Source: Candidatus Bathyarchaeota archaeon
Lineage (GTDB): Archaea > Thermoproteota > Bathyarchaeia > Bathyarchaeales > Bathycorpusculaceae
Reading direction: 5' to 3'
Assembly (NCBI GenBank): GCA_963780185.1
Contig: CAWABA010000004.1
Location: 79,944 to 143,943, forward strand
Length of the DNA: 64,000 nucleotides
This document shows, piece by piece, positions 39,119 through 49,900 of this stretch; position 1 is the first letter of the stretch; every line of letters starts with the position of its first letter. The notes under the pieces were generated by a model. That model searched no databases and was not told the DNA's origin. It saw only the letters and a program-made list of their open reading frames with translations. The position numbers were made by a program, and so were the translations under genes.

Positions 39119-39806
39119 CGTTCAGTTTCCCCACAGCAATGTATAATTCTTCAGTTTCCTCATTCTGCCAAAGACTTACCAAGCCATCCTGAGCTAAGAA
39201 CAGCAGGTAAATGAATGTTCTCAACGCTTCAATCCGAGTCATGCCTTTAGTGAGGGTTGAAAAATCAATTATTCCCGAACCCCCAACCTTCTCAGTTAAG
39301 ACACCGTATAAATTGTTGATTTGCAACTCGATTTCTGCCATAAACTTGTCAAACTGCGGAAGCAAATCTGTCACGGAGGGCAAAATCGGATGCTGCTCAA
39401 CCACGTGGTTCAGGTTAAGCAGTCTTTCGCCTTTGAGCACGTCATCTAAGACTTCAAGCAGGTGCTGAATGGTGGTTGAAGTCAATTCGTGCCTAAGCGG
39501 CAGAAACAGAGGCGGCGGAACATAATCCGTGACTCCCCGAGGCGGCGGCGGAGGCGGTTCCTGCAGAGTAAGCAGCAGCTTGGATTTCATCAGGTAAATC
39601 AGGGCGGAAGAATCCAACGCGACGCCTGAAGCTCGGAAATCCGTTTTCTCGGTTCGCTCCATTTCAGTCAGAAACGACCGTAGAAGGTAGGCTATGTTAA
39701 CGTTCCAGGGCGTGAGTTTCTCTAGCTTGCTGATTTCAAACAGGATGTTCCAGGGTGGACGCAGATAGAACGGTTTTCGCATCGGCGATGTTGTCTCTGT
39801 CGCCAT
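39090..39806 (-). CDS. scpA: Kleisin ScpA
   Basis: PWNVNI, SALIYLMKSKLL and C-terminal FIYLLFLAQDG.VSL.Q. Lies between smc and scpB. Confidence 0.88.
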   Translation of the reverse strand: MATETTSPMRKPFYLRPPWNILFEISKLEKLTPWNVNIAYLLRSFLTEMERTEKTDFRASGVALDSSALIYLMKSKLLLTLQEPPPPPPRGVTDYVPPPLFLPLRHELTSTTIQHLLEVLDDVLKGERLLNLNHVVEQHPILPSVTDLLPQFDKFMAEIELQINNLYGVLTEKVGGSGIIDFSTLTKGMTRIEALRTFIYLLFLAQDGLVSLWQNEETEELYIAVGKLNVGKAEGNTS

Positions 39807-39807
39807 T

Positions 39808-42800
39808 TTAGCTGGGCTGCCTCCGCTGGGAACTTTGCTGTCACAACGTTGGAGATTCCGTTGCGTTCGTAGACTCCGTAAACTTTCTGCGCCCGGTTCA
39901 CCATTTCGGGTCTAAGACTGATTACTATGAACTGCATTTTTGCGGCTTCGTCCAAAAGTAGGTCGGCAAGCCTGCGCCGTGTGGTAAGCGTCCAAGTGCG
40001 CGTCGACTTCGTCGAGGATGTAGAATGAGGCTGGCGTGAAGTCTTTAAGCGAGAAAATGAAAGCAACCGCCGTAATTGAACGTTCACCGCCGCTGGCTCC
40101 GCTGACCACGATTGAAGGCTTATTCGGGAACTGAACAATCATGTCTATACCGCCAGCGAAGGGTTCATCAGGGTTTTCAAGCTTAATCGTAGCTTCGCCG
40201 CCGCCGGTGAGTTTAGAGAAGTAAACTTTGAGGCTGGTGTTGATTTTTTCGAATGCATCCATGAAAACCTTGCGTTTCTTAGCTTCAATCTCATCCATAA
40301 ACTGCACAATGGCTTGCTTTTCTTTTTCCAACTCGTTTAGCCGCACTGAAAGTTCTCGGTAACGTGAAAGCTGGTCGGCGTAGTGGGAAAGGGCAAGCTG
40401 GTTTATGGCGCCGATGGTTTCTATTTCGAACTGCATCATCCGAATAGTGGTTTGCGCCTCTTCAACCTGCTTCTGGGTTGTTTCCAGCGGCTGATCATAC
40501 CCGAACTGGCGAAGTTGACTTTGAAGCTGCTGCAAACGCAGTTGATTCGTCTCCGTGCTAAGTTGCAGTTGATTCAGCAAACGGTCAGCTACCTCATACT
40601 CGGTGTCGAGCAAACGCAGTTCAGCGTCGATAGAGTCAATTTGCGCAGTGAACTTTTTGGATTCTTCCCTGGCGGAAAACACGGCTTTGGAAAGTTCAAC
40701 CCGGCTCTTCTCTTGCTCTTCAAGTTCCTTCTTGACGCCGTCGCGTTCCAGCAGTGCGTCTGCGACTTCTTTTTCCAGTTTTTTCTGCTGCTGCTCAACC
40801 CGAACGATCTGAATCTTTATGTTTTTGTATCCGTTGCGAAGAACCCTGTCGAACTGGGATTGGTAAGTTGAAATCTCCGTCTGCGTTGACCCCGAGTTCT
40901 GCTTAAGCGTGTTGACTTCTTCGCCGAGTTTTTCTCGTCCGACCTCAAGCGCCTGGATGTTCTTAACGTCAGTTTTCAACCTTAAATTGGCGATTTCGCC
41001 GCGAAGCCTCTCGTCTTCCCTGCGCATGCTGTTGCGTTCGTTTCGGTAAACCTCCATGCGTCCCTTGTAGGATGCGGCTTCACGTTCAAGTTTGCCGCCG
41101 TATTTTTCTGTGTAGCGGATGTTGAACTGGGTTCTTTTGACGCCTCGTTTGATTCTCACTATTTCCCTGTCCAAAGTAGCGATGCCTTCTACGAGACGGG
41201 TCATCTCGATTTTTGACTGCTCCACCTCTTCTTCAAGACCCGTAATGTCGGTTCCTCTCTGGGTAAGATGCGTCTGCAATGCGTTGACGGCTTCATCCAA
41301 GCTTTTCAGGGCGTTTTCGCTTGGGATAATCGTTGAGAAATCTATCGGTGCACGGTAATACCCGCTTTCGAAAGCGCCCGACTCGTACAGGTCGCCGTTG
41401 ACTGTGACAGCGCGGTAGCCTTCGTTTGAAAGCGCAAAAGCCACCTTATCGTTCGAAACCACCATGGTGTCTCCGAAAACATAGTTCACCGCCAACTCCC
41501 ACGTTGCTATCGTACTTCATGAAGCTGGAAAGCGCGCCGACTACGCCTTCGCGGTTGGGAACAGGTTTGTTTTTGACGTTTATGTATCCCTGCAACGGGA
41601 TAATTTTGATTCTGCCCAGCTTCATACGTCTGAGCGTTTCGGTGCAGGTGAAGGCTGAGTCAAGGTTCGCCACAACTAACGCGTCAAGCCAACCAGTCGC
41701 CGCTGCCTCAATGGCTTTCTTGAAGTTCTTATCAATCTTTATTAAATTGCGGAGTCTACCGTGGATTCCGTTGATTGCGCCGACATTTCCCATTTCCTCA
41801 ATGCTTCGAAGGGCTTTCTCTTCAGAGGCAATGGTTGCGGCAAGGTCTCTCTGGGTCGCGAATTCTATCACGGCGTCTTTGGCGGAGCTCGCGATTTTTT
41901 CGGCTGCTTCGATTTCTTTTTCAACGGTGTCTTTCTGCGTTTTTTTGCGTTCGATGGTTGCTTCAAGGTTTTTAAGCTGGATTTTCTGGTCCTTTTGAAC
42001 TTGCTCCAGCTCAGAAAGTGACTTTTCAATTTCCGCCAGGTTGGCGCGGAATCTTTCTTTGCGCACGGTTAAGTTTTTGATTCTTCCAGTGCAAAGGCGA
42101 AGGGCTCCTTTTTCTTTGGTGTATTCCGAACGCAAATAGGCCATGCGTTTAACGTGATTGTCGATTTGAGTCTGCTTTGCACGTATTTGCTCGTTGTTGC
42201 TGTCAAGTCCACCCCAAAGCTCAGCGGTCTGCTGCGCCAACACCTCGTGTTCAGACACCTTTTGAGCCATTGCAACCTGGATTTTCGCGAGTTCATTTCG
42301 GAAAACCCTGATTTTGAGGCGGTTTTCCCGTATTTCACTTCGAATATTTTCCTGCTGCGCCAAGTTGTTTTCTCGTACCCGCTTGAGGCTTTCGAGGCTG
42401 CCTTGCCCAGAATTGATTTTTGTGTTCAACTCGGATAATTTGGATTTTAATTCGCCGATGGTAATTTGGACTTTGAGAACTTGGGAGCCGCCTTCTTCGA
42501 GGTTTTCGCCGCTGAGTTTGCGCCATTCGCCTTCAACGTCGTGGCGTTTGCCCCTGCGTAGGTCCCGTTGCTCTTTGAGCTTGTCAACTCTTGCTTGGAC
42601 TTTTTCGTTTTGGCTTTTGGCTTCGTTTAGTTTGGCGTTTATTTGGGTGATGTCGCTTGAGATTTTGATGGCTTGAAACTTTTTGGTTTCCGCTTGGATG
42701 AAGTTGTATCGTAAGAGCTGGTTGCGTTCGCGTTCCAAATCGTCGAGGCGCTTCTGGACTTCATCGATTCTTCCCATGGCAGTGCGGATGGAAATGTCGG

Positions 42801-43362
42801 CTGCACGGAGTTTTTCTTCGGCTTCAACCTTCTCCGAGTCGTATTGGCCTATCCCGACGAGGTCTTCGATTATTTTTCGTCGCTCCAAAGAGTTAATTTC
42901 AGTGAGCCTTGTGAGTGTGCCCTGCGGGATGATGTTTTGGCTCATGCTGCTTATTGAGCTCATGGAGAGGGTTTCTGTTATGTATGCGCGTGACATTCTT
43001 CTGCCGTTTAAACGGTAGACGCTTTGCCCGTTCTTGAAAACTTCCCGTGAAATAGTCACCGTGGTTGTGTCCACAGGCATTGTGCCATCTGTATTGTCAA
43101 ATTGGATAACTACCTTCGCCATCTTCGCCTTTTCTTGCCCCGCCTTGTCTGAACCGTGAAAAATCAGGTGCGCCGCATTTTCAGCGCGAAGCCTTCGGGT
43201 GCTTAATTCGCCAAGGGCGAAAAGCACGGCGTCGATGATGTTGGATTTTCCGCTTCCGTTCGGACCCGTCAGGGCCGTGAATCCTTTGTCTAAGGATATT
43301 TTGATGGTCTGCGGCCCAAACGATTTGAAACCTTTTAACTCAATTTTTTTTATGTAGGGCAT
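39808..43362 (-). CDS. smc: Chromosome segregation protein SMC (indels near 41499, 39975 and probably 39815)
   Basis: GFKSF, GPNGSGKSN, coiled coils, hinge, SGGE and YILDEVDAHLD. Three ORF pieces are colinear. Confidence 0.93.
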
Positions 43363-43666
43363 TCAGCCTGTATCCTCACGGCAAACGGTCACGCTATTTT
43401 AACATCTCATCACCATACGTATAAAAGCTTATAGATACGCTACCGAGTTTACACGAATACTTTTGAGACGCGAAAACTTGGGCATTAGAGAATCTTTTTG
43501 GTTATTGACAGAAATGAACTCATATTGAACCATTTTATTAGAATAGCCAACTGCCGGGACAAGCTCTTGATACTGAGGCGCCCATCTTTCCGGGGCCTCA
43601 TTCAAGCGTTTAGCAGGTAAACTTTGCTAACTTATGATCAGGGTTGAATCAATTAAAAATACTTCA

Positions 43667-44431
43667 TTAAGCTGGTTTTGCAATGACTAATATGCCGGTA
43701 CACATGTTTTTTGATATTTTTTCAAGAAACTTGAAGCCTTTCCAATTTTCAAGTCCGAAAGAGTTGATGACTTGGAAACCATTGTCTTGCAATAAATCGC
43801 ATAATGAATAAATTGTGAAGGGACGAATGTGACCTGCAGGTTTCCATTGGTCCATCCGGTTTTTCAAAGAGTTAATCCTGTAGCCGTAACTTAATTTTTG
43901 AGTTGATACTTCAGTGTTGAACGGTTGTATCCCTAAAGGTACTAAAATTCGGTTTTTCCAGCAAACCACATTCAAAGTTGTTATTAACAAAACTCCGTCA
44001 TTAGAGATGCTTTTCCTTATCGAGGCGAGGAAAAAATCAGTGTTAAAAATGTGTTCTATGGTTTCAAAAACCGTTATCACTTGGCACTCTTTGGGCAAGA
44101 GGGAATCAGAATTAAAATCCGAACAAGAAAATTGTATCCCCTGACTTTCACATGCGTTTTGGCATTCTCTCGATGCATCGGCACCAACCGCTTCTACGGG
44201 CATATTTGAAGCTTCTTGAATAAACAAAGCAAATTTTCTTGTTCCTACGCCGCTTCCGCAGCCAACGTCCAGATACTTAATTGATTCCCGATTCTTTTTC
44301 CACTCTTGTGCTAAACTAAAGAAAAGTTCTTTTACAGACTTTTTGGACATCAATTCCCCATATCTGTCGGGTGTTTGCTCGAATCTTTCCCTTTGGTTAT
44401 AGAAGGCACCCGTTTTTTGCTGATTTGTCAT
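43667..44431 (-). CDS. Class I SAM-dependent methyltransferase
   Basis: YLDVGCGSG, FETIEHI, HIRPFT. Type common in glycan loci. Confidence 0.88.
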   Translation of the reverse strand: MTNQQKTGAFYNQRERFEQTPDRYGELMSKKSVKELFFSLAQEWKKNRESIKYLDVGCGSGVGTRKFALFIQEASNMPVEAVGADASRECQNACESQGIQFSCSDFNSDSLLPKECQVITVFETIEHIFNTDFFLASIRKSISNDGVLLITTLNVVCWKNRILVPLGIQPFNTEVSTQKLSYGYRINSLKNRMDQWKPAGHIRPFTIYSLCDLLQDNGFQVINSFGLENWKGFKFLEKISKNMCTGILVIAKPA

Positions 44432-47367
44432 TTGTTGTTACCTTTTTTCATTTTAGATTTTATGTTGTTGGCAAAGTGTGTGTAGACCGTTGGTTTTATA
44501 ATGTACAGGAGCATGGCGTCAGTAAAAACGATAGATAGTATGGTTAGACTGTAAGATAGGTCTTTGTCTTGTACATCAATTGATATTTTCTGGTTTACCA
44601 ATGTTTGGGTTGGGTTGAAAATCCAGCCTTTGAAGAAGACGTTGGCTTGAAAACTACTTGTGTCTAGAGATGTTTGGGGGTTCTTCAAGTTGTTGTAGAG
44701 GTACTGCGAGACTACTGCGAAGTTCGTTGCATTAGTTGACACCATTAAGGAAGACTCTTCGGAACTGTCTTCCAAAACCTTGTATGGTATTTGGTTGAAA
44801 TCTTGACGCATCGCAAACAACCTTATCGGATTGCTTCTAGTCACGGTTATTTGAGAGAAACGTGAGACTGATTGTTCGGAAACCAAGGAGATGTTTGCCA
44901 GCTGGGGTGAAATTGGGAAAGTCATGCATAAGTTGCCGTTTACATAAACATCGACTTGATCGATTAGGCGAGTGACATTAACGTTAATTGATTGGGCTGG
45001 ATTTCGAAGGCTGTAGCCGACATATTGATTGATTACCGATGAATGGAAAACGCCGTTTTGTTGAATTGCCAACTCAACATTACCGTCGTCGTGAAAAATA
45101 ATATAGTACCCTTGGCTGCCTGTATCGATAATAACTCGAGGGCTCAGAAAGCTCAGCAAACCATTTTGTAACACATTAACCTTGAAATCCAATGAGAAGC
45201 TTCCAGATGTGCCTAGTGAAAGCGCAGTTGAATTTAGTGTTACATCTTCAAATCGGCTTGTTTGCGCTGTTTCTGTCCCTACAGCTTTAACTGTATCTCC
45301 CGGCGACAAGGAAGTTATGGTTGAAAAATCGTTCAATAGATGTTCAATGCTTTTCTGCTGAAGCTCAACAGTCCTTGACTTGCCGCCGTTAGTTATGTCA
45401 AGCGTTAAATTGTTTGTAGTACCGTTTGGCAAGCATAGTGCATGTACCGCGTAGGTTCCTTGATCGCAAGAAAAGGGGACATTGAGTTGGGAGATTGAGT
45501 TCCCCTGATTTATGAAAACAGGTAAGTCGGCAAAGTTGACATAGTCAAAAGCGTATTTTAGTGTACCTACGTCATCGTAGAAGACATAATTGTTTGAAGC
45601 ATAAAGCAAAGGTAAAGCGTTCGGATTGTTGTACAGGTCGTAATCTTGTGACTTGCTGACAAGGGTTAGACCGCCGTCATTTCTAACTTGCTGAAGAGAA
45701 TTATTCATGTCATAAGTGGTTGGAAATATTAATTCATCGTTGGCGTCATAACCATTCATCACCGCCAAAGATTTTATTGAAAACATGCCCAGAGCTTTGC
45801 TCCAGGAGAAGCTTCCGTCTGATATTAATTCAGCGGATGGCCCGTTTAATGACGAAACAAGTTGGAAGATACGGGAATTAGGGTCGGAATAAAGTTCTAC
45901 TTTGTGGGTGTAAGGCAATATTATTCCTCGCTGATTCTGAGACGCTTGATCTAATTGGGTTGCTATGTTCACGTATGTTTGGTTGTAAAGACTGCCCCAC
46001 TTTGCCGCATCAGACACTTCTTGAAGAGTTGTTTGACCAGCATAATCGACTAACCATGGGCTATTGTAAACTACTGTCCCAACGATTAACAGTGTCAAGG
46101 CTAAACCAAAAAAGAATTTCTTCTTACCTCTTATGGCCGAAAACTCAACAATTCCAAAAAACCCAAGCAAGGTACTTAAAACAGAAATGAGCATGACCAC
46201 CCTTAACTTGACAGGAGTCTCCCAGGTCTTAAGTATTAAAGACAACAATCCGTTGCTAAGTAAGCCAGAATTGAGGGTTTGCATTAGCAAAATTAAAACT
46301 AAGGCAACTCCGAATAGGAGTATGCTCTGGTAAAAGAATAGCCTATCTTTGTTTAATCTGTTCTTTGGCAAAAAAAGAGCTAAAATTGATGCGGCAAAAA
46401 ACGCAAACAGGATGTACCCAAAATAATTCGTGACGGCAGTCGAATCATACCAAGCGTTAACTCCCAGCCCTGATCCGGCATCGCCCCCAAACCTAAGAAG
46501 ATTGACCAGATTAGAGTTATGGTAAGCGTAGCTTATTGTTAGAAGAAAACGTGAGGACGAGGGGCCCTGAAAATAAGTTGCCAAAGGAGCGCTTTGGATA
46601 TTAAATTGCGAAATGATAAGAGGCAAACAGACTACAAAAAACATTAACGCAAAGATCGAGAAGTTAACAGCACAAAGCTTCAAGAATTTTTTTGTTAAGC
46701 GGTACCTCATGAATAAAGCAACTGCGAAGGTAACCACTAAGAAGACAGTTACTAAAGCAACAGATAGGATGAATTGTTCATTGGCTGAAACTGTTAAAGC
46801 CAGAAACAACGAGGCAAATCCTAAGTTTTTCACTACGCCGGGTCTCTTTTGCGATTGCAGCTCCCGTAGTGAACGTACAAAGAATTTTAGCCCCAAAGGC
46901 AACAGGACTAAAGAAAAAGCGTTGATAATCGAGGCATAATAGTAAGGCGTTACAGGATTAACAAGGTAAAGAACTGAAACCAGAATTCTTAGACTTTCAC
47001 TTTTTAGGAACCCCTTTGAAAAAAAGTAAAACGAAACCATTGTGAGAACGTAGAATAAAAAGGGATAAACAATCGTTGAAGGAAGTTTAAGCAAAGAAAG
47101 AACATAAGTTAAAGGGAATAGAAACCCAGATTTGAAGGTCGAAAGAACCCCAATGTCGCCCATATAAGATGAACGAACAATTTTTGGTCCTATAATATCG
47201 ACAACATTGCTCTGAGTCCAGCGAAAATTGTCGCCGATGACCAGAGTGGGCAAAAAAATAACGCTAAAAGTCAAGAAGCACGATATCGCCAGAAAAACAA
47301 GCAGGGGAAAAAAGCGCTTACCTGCTGTTTGTTTAGTTTTGTCATCAGATGGAAACTTTAGAAAAAT
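44428..47367 (-). CDS. Large polytopic membrane protein, GT-C-like N-terminus with extracellular beta-rich domain
   Basis: About 12 TM segments with YLVNP, LYNNPNALP, a beta-sandwich-like region and a final TM. Open frame extends 31 codons upstream of TTG 47274. Confidence 0.65.
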   Translation of the reverse strand: MFLKFPSDDKTKQTAGKRFFPLLVFLAISCFLTFSVIFLPTLVIGDNFRWTQSNVVDIIGPKIVRSSYMGDIGVLSTFKSGFLFPLTYVLSLLKLPSTIVYPFLFYVLTMVSFYFFSKGFLKSESLRILVSVLYLVNPVTPYYYASIINAFSLVLLPLGLKFFVRSLRELQSQKRPGVVKNLGFASLFLALTVSANEQFILSVALVTVFLVVTFAVALFMRYRLTKKFLKLCAVNFSIFALMFFVVCLPLIISQFNIQSAPLATYFQGPSSSRFLLTISYAYHNSNLVNLLRFGGDAGSGLGVNAWYDSTAVTNYFGYILFAFFAASILALFLPKNRLNKDRLFFYQSILLFGVALVLILLMQTLNSGLLSNGLLSLILKTWETPVKLRVVMLISVLSTLLGFFGIVEFSAIRGKKKFFFGLALTLLIVGTVVYNSPWLVDYAGQTTLQEVSDAAKWGSLYNQTYVNIATQLDQASQNQRGIILPYTHKVELYSDPNSRIFQLVSSLNGPSAELISDGSFSWSKALGMFSIKSLAVMNGYDANDELIFPTTYDMNNSLQQVRNDGGLTLVSKSQDYDLYNNPNALPLLYASNNYVFYDDVGTLKYAFDYVNFADLPVFINQGNSISQLNVPFSCDQGTYAVHALCLPNGTTNNLTLDITNGGKSRTVELQQKSIEHLLNDFSTITSLSPGDTVKAVGTETAQTSRFEDVTLNSTALSLGTSGSFSLDFKVNVLQNGLLSFLSPRVIIDTGSQGYYIIFHDDGNVELAIQQNGVFHSSVINQYVGYSLRNPAQSINVNVTRLIDQVDVYVNGNLCMTFPISPQLANISLVSEQSVSRFSQITVTRSNPIRLFAMRQDFNQIPYKVLEDSSEESSLMVSTNATNFAVVSQYLYNNLKNPQTSLDTSSFQANVFFKGWIFNPTQTLVNQKISIDVQDKDLSYSLTILSIVFTDAMLLYIIKPTVYTHFANNIKSKMKKGNNK

Positions 47368-47418
47368 GTAATCACCTATAAGCTATCCATTGGCTGATTA
47401 GATAGTGTTTGGCATTTT

Positions 47419-48609
47419 TCACTGATAAGCTTTATTGTAGATGCTAACGTATAGATCGGCAATTTCTTTCCAAGATAAAATCTTACTATTATCCGTGTTA
47501 GCGATGAGCCTGTTTCTTAGAGTTGGATCAGTCAGAATTCTAATGATCGCACAGCCTAATTCTTCAGCGTTTCCCGTGGGGACAAGCAGCGAAGAGTCAG
47601 TTTTGATTATCTCGACTGAAGATGGAGTATCAAATGCTACAACTGGCTTATGCATCATTAAAGCTTCCAGCAAAACTATGCCAAACGGTTCTTGAAGAGA
47701 AGGAAAAACAACAACTTCCGACTGTTCATAAAGGCACGCCTTGCTTTCATCATCTATCCAACCGATTAATTTGACGCTTTTTGAAAGACCCCGCTTTTTA
47801 ACCAAATCCTCTAGAACCGACTTATACGATCCAGATCCAGCGATCAACGCTAAAGCATCCGGGACTTTCGCTAATACAGTTGGCATGGCATCAATAAGAA
47901 ATTGAAAACCCTTCGATTCACTCAGTCTTCCAACAGCAAAAATAACTTTCTTGTTTTCCAAAGAATACTTTTTTTCTACAAAGCTCGACACGTCGGGGTT
48001 CACTTTCGATAAGATAGCGTTGGCGCTGTTGGGAACAACTATTGTTTTTTTGTTAACCAGATTTTTGCTTTCACATTCGGTTAACAGAGCGTTAGAAACC
48101 ACCGTTACCGCCTTCGCGTTCTTTGCCATAACTTTTACGATTGTTTGCAAATAAATTTTGAAGAAAGTGTTAACAGCAATGTTTGATTTTTCAGGAGCTT
48201 TGGGAATCCCATGGCAGGTTAAGACGTATTTCTTACGTAAAAATACGCAAAAGAGGGCAGTCATGTTAATCATTGGATGGCAATAGCCGTGGAGATGAAT
48301 TACTCTATTTTTGCTTTGAGCCACCTCTTTTATTATATGCAGGGTTCCGCTGAAAGTTGGAAGAGTATAGGAAGCTGCATCATATTTTGAGGATCTAGGA
48401 AAAGGTAATAATGGAATAAAGTTAACTTGGAAATCATTGACTGGAACATTTTTGACCTTGCCGTTAATGTTCCTATTGTTGAAGTTCCCCGCCAATACTG
48501 TAACCTGATGATTATCAAGCTTGAGTTGTTTAGAGAGATTCTCGTAGACAACTCCGCCACCACCGATGCTTAGTGGTGGGAATTCAGGGGTAACTAGAAG
48601 AACTCTCAT
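47419..48609 (-). CDS. GT4 glycosyltransferase
   Basis: MRVLLVTPEFPP..GG, VGRL...KG, PSLQEPFGIVLLEA. Confidence 0.92.
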   Translation of the reverse strand: MRVLLVTPEFPPLSIGGGGVVYENLSKQLKLDNHQVTVLAGNFNNRNINGKVKNVPVNDFQVNFIPLLPFPRSSKYDAASYTLPTFSGTLHIIKEVAQSKNRVIHLHGYCHPMINMTALFCVFLRKKYVLTCHGIPKAPEKSNIAVNTFFKIYLQTIVKVMAKNAKAVTVVSNALLTECESKNLVNKKTIVVPNSANAILSKVNPDVSSFVEKKYSLENKKVIFAVGRLSESKGFQFLIDAMPTVLAKVPDALALIAGSGSYKSVLEDLVKKRGLSKSVKLIGWIDDESKACLYEQSEVVVFPSLQEPFGIVLLEALMMHKPVVAFDTPSSVEIIKTDSSLLVPTGNAEELGCAIIRILTDPTLRNRLIANTDNSKILSWKEIADLYVSIYNKAYQ

Positions 48610-48613
48610 AATG

Positions 48614-49750
48614 CTACCGACCGAGCAACTCTTCGTACAGAGAGCAAAATTGTGAAGCAACCACGTCCCACGATCTTGAGCCGGCAAAGTTGATGTTGCG
48701 CTGTCTTAGTTCAAATGCTAGTTCGGGTTTATCGAGGATTTCTTCGATTTTTTGAGCCAAAGCTTGAGGTTGATGTTGACTAATCAGCAAGCCGCATCCT
48801 TCTTCGGCTAATTCTCTGAATTCAGGTAGGTCAGTCGCAACAATCGGTGTTCCAAAGGAACTCGCCAAGTGAGCAACGCCGCTTGTTCCAGTGCACGTTC
48901 GATAAGGCAGTATTACAGCGTTCGCTTTTTCGAACAAAGCTTCAAGCTGATCCTCGGGAACGTAACCTAAGAAAAATATGTTTTTGTTGATTCTTTTTTG
49001 GTATTTTTCTAGATAGTTAGGGTAGTTTGGATGTGACGCGCCAGCAAGAATTAATTTTAAAGATCTGTGTTTCTTTTCAAGAATATCGAATGTCGCCAAC
49101 AATAGGTCAATGTCTTTGTATGGGCCGGAATGACCTATGTACAAAACGGCATCCCTTGCTCCTACTTGATCGACACGAACAGTGTTTTTCCAGGTGCCGT
49201 GTGCGATCGTTACAGCCTTTTTGCAGTGATATCTTTTCTCGAAGAAATCGGTGTGCGACTTCATGGTCAGAGTCACGGCTGAAGACGAAGCAATTAATCG
49301 GGTAACAAAGAACGCGCTAAGTCTATTGATAAAACTATTTTTGAAACCTGTTTTTTCGATGTCAATTTTGTCAACCAAGTTGTGCATAGTTGTTACTGTT
49401 TTAAAACCGATTGCCTTGCACACAAACGGTAAAGAGAGTCCTACGAAGTTAGGTACTCTGGACTGCCCAAAAACAGCCATGTGAATGTTGAAATGGACAA
49501 TATCCGGTTTAAGGGGCGCTATCTTCATGGGTATTAATAGTAGAGAAAGTGGGCTGTCTGATTTCCAAACCTTATGCAAGGTTACCTTGTCATTTATCTT
49601 ACGCACTTCATCCCGATCAGAATCTTTCTCTGCGATGATATCAATGTGGCTCACGCAGCTACATTTCTGCAGTTCCTCGACCAAGTTCAAAGCGTACTCA
49701 GCTAATCTGCCTTGCCTTGGCGGATAGTTTGTCACTATGGCGATTTTTAT
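48614..49750 (-). CDS. GT4 glycosyltransferase
   Basis: KIAIVTNYPP..G.LA.Y, YK.ID, LPY....TSGVAHLA, PIVATD. Start probably ATA at 49750. Confidence 0.88.
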   Translation of the reverse strand: MKIAIVTNYPPRQGRLAEYALNLVEELQKCSCVSHIDIIAEKDSDRDEVRKINDKVTLHKVWKSDSPLSLLLIPMKIAPLKPDIVHFNIHMAVFGQSRVPNFVGLSLPFVCKAIGFKTVTTMHNLVDKIDIEKTGFKNSFINRLSAFFVTRLIASSSAVTLTMKSHTDFFEKRYHCKKAVTIAHGTWKNTVRVDQVGARDAVLYIGHSGPYKDIDLLLATFDILEKKHRSLKLILAGASHPNYPNYLEKYQKRINKNIFFLGYVPEDQLEALFEKANAVILPYRTCTGTSGVAHLASSFGTPIVATDLPEFRELAEEGCGLLISQHQPQALAQKIEEILDKPELAFELRQRNINFAGSRSWDVVASQFCSLYEELLGR

Positions 49751-49900
49751 TGTTAAAACCTCCAATACTTAATTGAAACTAATAGAAGAATGGGATCAGT
49801 TCCCACAGACGCTGCAGAAATGGATCCTGAACAAGTCTTGGGATGTCTGATTCTCTTAAGTGCTCCTGATGTGCTTGTCGCCACCATGTTCGAGCCTCGT

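Noticed and set aside
39808-43362. Naturally split SMC
   Set aside because: Breaks are single extra bases (for example the GGG run near 41499 in the hinge). Removing them restores a normal full-length SMC.
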